64,000 bases of DNA from a virus (lineage: Duplodnaviria; Caudoviricetes): the IMG/VR virus record IMGVR_UViG_2932588108_000002, positions 26,603 to 90,602 of that record. One strand, 5' to 3'. Made by a program: the position numbers and the translations under genes. Positions 50,501 to 53,887 of this stretch are shown here, piece after piece. The notes below the pieces were generated by a model. The model saw only the letters and a program-made list of their open reading frames with translations, was not told the origin of the DNA and searched no databases. The first letter of the stretch is position 1; the number at the start of each line of letters is the position of its first letter.

Positions 50501-52616
50501 CCCGGACACCCGCGGCAACGGCGTGACCGTCTACCGGGTTCGTGGTGTCCAGGACGGTCCCGGCGGAGTCCGTTCCCTTCTGCTGGAAGGGGAAGACGGC
50601 CGTACGCGCCGGCGTGTGGTCCACAGTGCAATGCCGTTGTGGCAGCTCGGTGAGCCGCAGCCCGACGGCGCCAACACTGCGCTCGTCCCCGGCCCTGACT
50701 CCCCGGCCGGTGCGCCTCGCGACCCGAACCCGGCGCCGCAGGCCGACGTCGACCGGATCGTCGCCGACCACCCCCGGGCGGTCGCCGCGCGCATCATCGA
50801 CGAGGCGATAGCCGGTACCGAGCCGCCCAGCGACATCCACGCCCTTCGTGAGCAGATCGCCCAGCGCCTCACCGCCGATGCCCTGCGCGATGCGCGGCAG
50901 GCAGCCCGACAGGACGCCTCCGCCGCCCTGGACGCCGCGGGCATCACCGGCCGGGACCGGGCCGCAGCACAGCAGGCACTCAAGCGGGCCCGGCAGGACG
51001 CCCACGCCGCGACGGTGCGCGCCGCCCTGCGCACGATCAACGACCTCGAGCCCCTGCCCGACGAGAGCGACGAGGACCTCGCCGCCCGTGCCCGGGATCT
51101 GCTCAGCCTCATCCCTGACCAGATCGCAGGCGCCCCCAACGGGCCGGACACCGACGGCGACACGGACGTCAACCGCACCGTCGCGGGGCACGTCGACGAC
51201 GCGGTAAACACCGTGCTGCAGCAGCTCCAGGCGGCAGGCGTGGACCCGGGTGACGCCGAGAGGATCGCCCGGACCCTCACCGGGCACATGGACGGCTCCC
51301 GGCAGGCCACGGCCCGCCAGATCGCGCGGCGCGTCGCCGCGGTGTCGCCGCAGGCCGGCCGCCAGCCGGGCCTGCTCGCCCGGATCGTCGCGGCCCTCGT
51401 CCGCCTCGCCAAGCGTCTCGCGCTCCTGGTGAAGGCCGGAGCGGAGAAGATCGCCGAGAAGTGGCGGGACGCCCGGGAACGCACGGCGAGACTCCGCGCC
51501 TTCCTCGGTCGGCTCGCCCGTCGAGTCCGGGAATGGCCGGAGTCCCGGCGCCTGGCGCGCCTGCACCGCGCGCTCGACCTGCCCGCGGCCGACGGCGAGT
51601 CCCTGGTCGCCCGGGTCTCCCACTGGGCCGATCTGCTCCCGGAACCCGGCCGCTTCGGACAGGCGCAGCGGCGCGTCACCTGGTGGCAGCCCACGACGTG
51701 GGCGCAGCTCGCCGCCGGGCGGCTCCCCGGGCGTAGCGACCGTGTCCGCTGGGCCCCGGACCAGGCCGCCGACAGTGGCCCCGGCCTGACCGGGCTTCGC
51801 CACATGGCGGCCCTGCGGGCGGCCGGCGGCGACGTCGACGAGGCGGTGACTCGCCGTCTCGCCGACACCCTCGGCGACGACTTCGGGGGTGACCCGCACG
51901 GCACGCTCCAGCACGCGGACGACTACGTGGCCGCCACCGAGCGGCGCCTGGTCAACCTGCAGGCCGCGCGCAGCGGCTCCACCATCCCGGATGACCCGGA
52001 CCTCGAGGTGGAGATCGCCGCGGCGCGGATGGAAGCGGCGGCCGCGCGCCGGGAGTGGGAGGACCTGCGGTCCCGGTGCGCCGCGGCGGTGCCCGATGCG
52101 GTCGCGGCCGCGCTCGCCGAGATCCGCGACATGGGCCCCGGGGGCAACGCCAGCATCGTCTTCGGTCCGGACAGCACCCCGGACGCCGAGCGGGCCGTAC
52201 GGGGCGTGCAGCGCCTCGTGCCACGTTCGTGGCTCAACACCCCGGCCGCGCGCCGCGTGACCGCTGTGAACGGCGACGAGGGCCGCTACGAGCCCGACGG
52301 GCAGCGGATCACAGTCGCTGACCTCGCCGACGAGGGGCTCGGCACCGCCGGGCACGCGCTCGCGCAGCATCTCGCGCAGCACCTGGGCGACTTGGATGCC
52401 GCTCAGCGGATCTTCTGGTTCACCCAGACCCACACCGGCCGGCCAGGCGCCCGCCGTATGCGGCGCAGCGCCCTGAGCCGTCTCCTGTCGCGGCAGCAGA
52501 CGCAACCGGACACTGGTGACACCCTCGCCCGGTCTGTTCAGTCGATGTTCAACGGCGACTGGTACTTGGACGACGACCTTCGGGCGTTCCTCCTGGGCCT
52601 GCTCGCCACACGATGA
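35592..52616 (+). CDS. Giant (~5,674 aa) DarB-like polyvalent protein: N6-adenine MTase + SNF2 helicase, repeats, degenerate C-terminal zincin-like domain
   Basis: WNPALHPRDSKGRF near N-terminus; MTase WSGWG, HYTP, VLEAGSGAG, IGNVPF; SNF2 AHEVGLGKT, VDEAH, ATGTP, QRNGRILRYGN. Codon bias begins near 35592, not at 35133. Confidence 0.9.
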   Translation: MLNRPTAQAESQDLNRDLEVKVTRRPWNPALHPRDSKGRFIETGGTVRLWGGKLARVVRALPHDRVLVQDQSGPNEFRGRRHTTSAKWVTMVARPDGTAPTEDENKVVAEDERRHKDPRRGNGVARDDDGDPDTPNDPHDVDDQGRPIGDDEGDGPHDEDDQDEPEDGAHPVNLDALPNQQNAAGARYADTAAVRRHFTKLAEQPGTKPEMGTFLRSVAHDDDLRVTPNGRFAILRDDNGRWYLTATGTGQRMDGAGDFDTPQDAARFAKHLDKTAVNGRLTQFNQPFDFSDPQLDRAARDWRSTKGENIQGAIIRARKEFDATPAPAAAPRAPADSPADGNGQRFSTLQAVRAHWQQRLDQINDMGPDSLREQRAARHLEGLISNDRIKLVGHGQFVVGQDQNGEWYLVATGSGLPLRRRWTSQRDAQAFAQSFTENAPMGDDGKPLDLSDPNTRIATWRSNDNRSISEVIDAAAEKFQRGNAAEGAPAANPAPTAAPETPAAPQAPETPEVPQAPALPGNAEPVDGVDGYHYVNHGGAITLYGPDGQVAATSERGYPPKVTIDGVVVPVPQYPPQGAQVMARLHLAAQNPQKRDRVTAAWVMKPGKNGQPAKRVMVFRGTIKGDQRDYDAIGSTKAIKWAPTMGPVGSWQTQANMTDATRDERISEVLAKLARQGRNVHVTDETTQGTPDAPGDGGDETAALRREISDATDPQLDRMKNERYAKYRTSRSEANRRRINQEIDLITEEQKRRRQERDEAAIRDASQLSDADIEARVKESQQERGMYGSRRGEPANDVERAIYHERRRRSQALADDNTDLTTMAEEDLAKARDDVAHRVTLHQAAGDDHEAEQTVRAALQKRHDAIVGEQQRRRAEQIADRPPVADLTDDELSEEYNELIRRDFRKASPEAQRVLEGRLEDIKQERREREKRAITDRDTPDAVDSKKLLDEYTELRRGRSSYEADDVKAAREARMAAIEAELNRRDTTPEVEQLLARVDNPDSNGQISIDGGSGYGYIDYNQTLGRDRRAYGWTWGKNSWGHGSAVYPSRAAALAAMVRAYDQDPDTRGERTWGRERRVFVPKMFVELYQTARLGDRLSNASEERQYLFHLFRDRYGWDDGVNPLVPSNKKGHHIKGRNLVIPEGLLAELHRVTEELSRDMSVQAADRDADKSDRAKAKTRLASINVALHAIESAREAVRKNGGNDDQKVISREEIEAQQAALRAALGGDDDEHVQPDGPGSLADVPAAGVGGDGRSGGVRGDEGQGDREPDSGRGAGAGGDGAGAGGLRRGGRPAQADQGGRDGDGSGGASARAGAGGGEGARADADGAAPAGDQGRDVRRVARFRPDPADAPKGARARAAANVEAIKVLKKLEAENRPATDDEKRILARWSGWGSVPIIFASEPNEKEPRYQQGGTRYGKFAKDHERWSEYSDIRSELQRVLTPVEFRQASRGVLSMHYTPQPIAEAMWDGLRAFGFDRGDVLEAGSGAGTFFGVAPDGARLTGVELDPTTARIAQAIYPHANVLNESFAETDARPGTFDAAIGNVPFARVPFDDKRYPAESLHNGFVTKEIALVRPGGITAVITSRQTLDSKGDKARRQMAKYGDLVGAVRLPSGVFNDAGTGVTTDVLVFRRREDGTEPADTSWLDAPERDINGTPHHINAYFDEHPEHILGTLTTQSGPYGPEVTVKGDPAKAAEQLRHALEEIAEKAKADGRGYEPHPDGDNRPPVHLQTAREKHANDWTGRLYEGDDGQFYQHVNGAEPVLIDPADGNTAQLRDLMRLRDVAAELRELDRKNDEEERAEALRAQLRDLHAAYVEKYGPLSKPGQHRTKSGRPTAWGYFRADPDAAAVLALERWDAKNGQPVLSRIFTERAAARRRQLTSTDDPKAALAAVVAAHGEVDLGEVARLLDVDPQEALKRLGNEVFTNPDTGRLELASGYLSGAVRDKLATARKAAEKDPAYAVNVAALEAVQPPERTIGQFTPEMGAHWTPPELLQGFLREYLGDRTLRVAHDDRYGWVLNTGRVPEANNVMYGVPANPEKGTKGKSAVEIARAVLGFGSLTVYHDDKRKDVDEATSRLIRQKADQMRAEFAKYATANAERLTVLTESYNRIMNGHVVRSYEGMSPTLEGFTPDRTPHGWQLAGAARMQFERGVILAHEVGLGKTSTLVMGTQALKASGQIEKPMAVVPNHLAKQWADEARYLYPNADIHLITSADLAGDRRSSTLEWLRANKPDLVIFTEEAFGSIKMSPEAQEEYEFRELEALREQLDRQYEDADNPNHPFIVAKIEQRIATVQRNINKNAAPMRKPGETYWDDLGFDYFVVDEAHRYKGVGFRSKEAGGDPASIRGVDLHQKTTDLHRRRQGRATITLATGTPLSNSISEQFTMLQFAAPWVLDAYKAGAPDLWANTFGRKTLRIENAPDGSGLRVVERFSEFHNKRAMKTMWGLVADTKRADDVGIPRPKLKGNAPNLIMVEATPDQKQRLKGLVARGRAIHNGEPQQIRNRQGSLVDDNMLAVSNEGTSVALDPRLVDANAPAGNKLKAVADRHIERYHANKDRVYKVAYGSDEDHPVRGALQMVFLNEGVPDSDNKGGFDAYAHLKQLMVAGGVPEDKIAFVQDAKKSGKPEDMTELFRKAREGEIAVLIGSSAVAGTGMNAQDRMISLTHVDLDWGAAQMEQRNGRILRYGNMNPEVEIDIFATKGSMDGWKAGFVAAKAEGLVDIQRPEPEDGDTSDVVQEISGGEFDYETMEAEIGGNPYMSQLMKARRRLKDLEIDQHNEAAERIRRAEALDELRQEAQATRDGLERRERALPRIQEAGDRFTMTIGGSSYGERSDAGKALHREVTARLLDHNREGMSPWHIIGQFRGLDFGVRTEKREDGKLVAHVGFPDLRNSDFERTVDDLSKKGAGSGMITRLGNALDKAPALQESDRAKVPELDEQIALLQSAHAAADLTPQIDHARARANLLEEIVARITDLDAKPEIDPNELDKKRYKKHDREMIAKERREERAPLQAAIDEAVANLQRWDEQNPEPERDDTVHLSEDEVRDTLARLAPNPPAHDASQADDGDGNSTDTPDVEETNTAAPDNASGTGDEGHSADTPSTGDLRDENGDQEQDDTVRLTQDEVADTLASIQPDADTESQDTADAEEPGEPLKYAWDKPEDFVTLTLPAALVDFLNVEETAAMEDPDTRKALKEAKPGRKGTLKVTGPIEVHRALLEWAWALEGGEGLESDPSEVRAYRAYRKAIDEAGVELRRRRAERESSDGDSADATPDVDVPDIEETNTPDAASAGDGGDDEPPADTPSTGDLGDDSNDDQGGDQSEADDQESTDTVTLTPDEVSDQLDAVRPEGSKAPSSMDDGEIRDEIVDLMGREMANGGELSGVDRTRLQVLEAEEARRAGRAPKPEPKPKQPTEEPGGLFDVDEPTTRQADSTADPDNPEDQPDDLFGTPDMIADHEGRDTSGLRPARMRNASDLEPGDRYTDADGRTRTVAEPPVRTGRGQTRIVTDDGEERFYNADAQVRLRYPDEEIPENDTELRSEPDEPPVDEPETTADSGRSDINDRTDRMSDLVRQATDEAGGDDLPEIRDVTDAMDRAADSDAPHAELRDAADRLDSLAEMYELGGPDGERAAELFRRAARMARGEDDDSNDRRDDEINRDENETNVPDNTSDSEEDQEQDDEGRRQRRDGDLGGGAADPDGGGADTPDAPSDDEENSDSSDDEPDNADDQQDEPDAEDPDNEDEEDERNRRRRRRRRGNGGPGGPGGLGGPGLPHLNLPDFNVPSGTGADGGHGNGPTPHGRDRDGGRHRDVDSVRRAWRNGEGLTAAEDTPERRAALAQAAEREGMVLSPGGGLVTWPEPQDDGTTLWRFAQARNGTNLPGLTLRTDNPEEARALAGRFEEITGRDGQPFDWHHPWGPSTVRQWRDNEGRNLQLALHAALDDFEQQRSANTEPTTRALPDDLTELDDDALVAAWGDDLTPEDQMRLMQEMDRRDGYTDQRVRDAVPDTPPADAEEAEKRGRAMDEALGFGGTDVTRPRRTQEDIIRAAFADFDEARYQQAIEETNGYFFNRKHKYGDNRPDERSLFSGGELAKFGRWRQYASEELVNWYDANGGRITYNQFKLQYRDNDRRDREIFEEEQRRQAEEQGQQADAGQSPEEPATGDTEPTAEGTDVPDVDAATGSDAPRFANVDEVRDRWRRGELDEPSHPSAVPEERFRDRYADNPTLELSEGGHLAILGDDDRGASWDVMAPGSMEPVARAFNRDDARAYARILEGVRDEDGHPFPWDAPDAAERARTFRGPNGESLGEAVAQQIIDRGEAEGLHKSWQDDARLYLDRERQLDEHYDAWRAQQEADGYTIPVDVRDAQAGDEISALDQDTDHPVSQRGRLTGPLRARHMNRTGTWPFTNGTDYRASIEGRTQEIDPSREENQTRETPFNWFYFRNTPDRPTAFRQPRPGEEEQNNRAETPQAEPTSIPEPAARPEPTPDRAPAEPEPATPDAPADEPKGEPEPVGGQPANWARVSDLVPGDMVRMDGRTRNGRAVTRAGYVFTAPTRVEVTRNGRTVQMWQTYVTENPDGTGKRGHVFTPLNATAARAEAPDDTVPGSPATGAQAAIQTGSLPDTVPMDRNGRGLFPGSTVTGVDGLRTREGTVTGATSTTVSVRWDNNDTADGLSPNTLTVTGGDRPDGWTASGQRVTPGHIVTDTDGALLGPVDEVNGDRVTITTAGGTISRSAGDLRVAGEVRDDTNPATAPVTGIDDPTAADLKEDDVVVLDLDGTLTTVAVTGTQRDGDRVTIDYADTTTGEMGQIDVDATTVLPRAQGANGHAPDLGPEDAPDTPDDLTVHEPPHRVEPVTGPTVDPELTTTDRDVIGDLADAPDDDPDAQQGAVRITADLPVTPEQATALAAQLRDSADQSTPEGRAALRAADHLDRAIGRTPPEELGRPRPSNASQVAEDDTIALPDTRGNGVTVYRVRGVQDGPGGVRSLLLEGEDGRTRRRVVHSAMPLWQLGEPQPDGANTALVPGPDSPAGAPRDPNPAPQADVDRIVADHPRAVAARIIDEAIAGTEPPSDIHALREQIAQRLTADALRDARQAARQDASAALDAAGITGRDRAAAQQALKRARQDAHAATVRAALRTINDLEPLPDESDEDLAARARDLLSLIPDQIAGAPNGPDTDGDTDVNRTVAGHVDDAVNTVLQQLQAAGVDPGDAERIARTLTGHMDGSRQATARQIARRVAAVSPQAGRQPGLLARIVAALVRLAKRLALLVKAGAEKIAEKWRDARERTARLRAFLGRLARRVREWPESRRLARLHRALDLPAADGESLVARVSHWADLLPEPGRFGQAQRRVTWWQPTTWAQLAAGRLPGRSDRVRWAPDQAADSGPGLTGLRHMAALRAAGGDVDEAVTRRLADTLGDDFGGDPHGTLQHADDYVAATERRLVNLQAARSGSTIPDDPDLEVEIAAARMEAAAARREWEDLRSRCAAAVPDAVAAALAEIRDMGPGGNASIVFGPDSTPDAERAVRGVQRLVPRSWLNTPAARRVTAVNGDEGRYEPDGQRITVADLADEGLGTAGHALAQHLAQHLGDLDAAQRIFWFTQTHTGRPGARRMRRSALSRLLSRQQTQPDTGDTLARSVQSMFNGDWYLDDDLRAFLLGLLATR
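39286..39621 (+). CDS. TnpV-like protein nested in the +1 frame of the giant ORF
   Basis: GGGAGG RBS (39272-39277); MNMFSPMVRDHWRMYRPQEWAAMDDPEAFV...EGYDAAVGRLKQIRADATAMVLAELL; GC3 bias moves to this frame. Confidence 0.7.
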   Translation: MNMFSPMVRDHWRMYRPQEWAAMDDPEAFVETKAREIESRILVAEQALEETVPEPEGYDAAVGRLKQIRADATAMVLAELLPEPEPEAEKAPEQTPMEQHLQEIRDAMYDA

Positions 52617-52624
52617 GGAGAGCA

Positions 52625-52900
52625 ATGATGCCGTTCACCGTCACCGGAGCATTCGATGACGGAGCGACCTACAGCGTCCAGGTCACCGGGCGGGCCGACC
52701 GCCCGGCGATCGGGTCGCACCGCGCCGCGGCCCTGGTGGACCTCCACCAGGGGGAGCCCATCACCCTGTCCCCAACCGGCCCCGTGCGGACGGTCGCCGG
52801 GGATGATGAGGCGACCGTGCTCGCCGTACTCCGCGAGCACACCCACTTGATCGACGAGGGGCAGGGCGCGCCCCGGCAGGCACGCGTGCCAGAGAGCTGA
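52625..52900 (+). CDS. Small hypothetical protein after the giant gene
   Basis: GAGGAG RBS; good codon bias. Confidence 0.7.
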   Translation: MMPFTVTGAFDDGATYSVQVTGRADRPAIGSHRAAALVDLHQGEPITLSPTGPVRTVAGDDEATVLAVLREHTHLIDEGQGAPRQARVPES

Positions 52901-52909
52901 TCCGAGGGG

Positions 52910-52927
52910 CTTGCACAATTGTGCAAG
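52910..52927. repeat. Perfect 18-bp palindrome CTTGCACAATTGTGCAAG
   Basis: Read directly; related copy at 60046-60063. Confidence 0.8.
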
Positions 52928-52955
52928 AACGCCCGTGAGGCGACGGGGCGAGGCC

Positions 52956-52985
52956 GGGACACAAACGGCTTCGCCCCTCCATCCT
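52956..52985 (+). promoter_or_regulatory. Putative late promoter GGGAC-N19-CATCCT
   Basis: 6 nt before GTG 52992. Confidence 0.55.
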
Positions 52986-52991
52986 CCGCCC

Positions 52992-53606
52992 GTGACCAGA
53001 TACGGATACGCCATCAAGGCTCTCCCCAAGAAGGGCGGCAAGCCGTTCGGGGAAGAGGACGACGAACAGACCACGGACACCGGCGAGGAGACGCTCGACG
53101 ATGACCTCGACCCCGCGGCGCTCGCTGAGGAGACGCCCAGCGATCCGGCCGATCCGACCGCCCCGGGCGCACCTCCAGCAGACCCGGCTGCTCCGGACCC
53201 GACCGCACCGCCGGAGCAGCCCACCGAGGCGCCCGCCGACGGTACGCAGCCGCCCGGCAACGAGCCTCCGGCCGATGCCCCGGAACCACCGTCCGACGAC
53301 GCCCGCCAGTGGGCGGGTGATCCCTACGACGAGGGCGACGAGACGGACCCGGCCAACGCCTTCGCCTCCTACACCGGCAGCAACGGCGAACAGGCGTGGC
53401 TGGATCAGGACGCCGACGGCACACTGACCGGGTGGGTACGGGATGGGACGGGACAGGTGTGGCGTTACACAGACCCGGACGCGTGGGCGATCGACGTCGA
53501 CGACGCCCACATGACGCAAACGCACAGCAAAGCCGACGAGGCCGCCAGCCCGCCCCAGGCCGCTCCTGCGAGCGACCGCGGCGTACAGGACTCGATGTTC
53601 CAGTAG
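52992..53606 (+). CDS. Acidic Pro-rich hypothetical head-region protein
   Basis: VTRYGYAIKALPKKGG, P/A/D-rich linker, Trp-rich C-terminal domain. Confidence 0.7.
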   Translation: MTRYGYAIKALPKKGGKPFGEEDDEQTTDTGEETLDDDLDPAALAEETPSDPADPTAPGAPPADPAAPDPTAPPEQPTEAPADGTQPPGNEPPADAPEPPSDDARQWAGDPYDEGDETDPANAFASYTGSNGEQAWLDQDADGTLTGWVRDGTGQVWRYTDPDAWAIDVDDAHMTQTHSKADEAASPPQAAPASDRGVQDSMFQ

Positions 53607-53618
53607 GGAGCTGACGAC

Positions 53619-53828
53619 GTGCAGTTGAACCGTGCGACCGCCCTGCGGTTGCAGCAGGAGGGCAAGACCGCCTATCAGGCCGGCGACCCGGGCAACGCCA
53701 GCCCGTACGACCGCCTCGGGAATGCGGAGCAGCAGTTCGGCTATCGCTACTGGATGCGCGGCTGGTCCATGGCTCGCTCGGAGGCTGAGGACGCCCAGGC
53801 GGAGCCTGCGGCCAGCACAGGACACTAG
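53619..53828 (+). CDS. Rmf/CrpP-fold small protein
   Basis: QEGKTAYQAG...SPY...YWMRGW matches the GxxAxxxG...PY...WxxGW pattern; GGGAG RBS. Confidence 0.6.
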   Translation: MQLNRATALRLQQEGKTAYQAGDPGNASPYDRLGNAEQQFGYRYWMRGWSMARSEAEDAQAEPAASTGH

Positions 53829-53848
53829 ACAGACGCGAACGGCACGGT
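53819..53848 (+). promoter_or_regulatory. Putative late promoter AGGAC-N19-CACGGT
   Basis: Same spacing; upstream of the protease gene. Confidence 0.45.
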
Positions 53849-53887
53849 GCCCGGCGGCCCACTGTCCACCGCCGGAGGTTTCCCGCC

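Noticed and set aside
35289-52625. Very long minus-strand ORFs (35289..39161, 41832..48461, 49551..52625)
   Set aside because: Antisense shadows of a high-GC3 gene; V/L/G/A-rich with no motifs or RBS.
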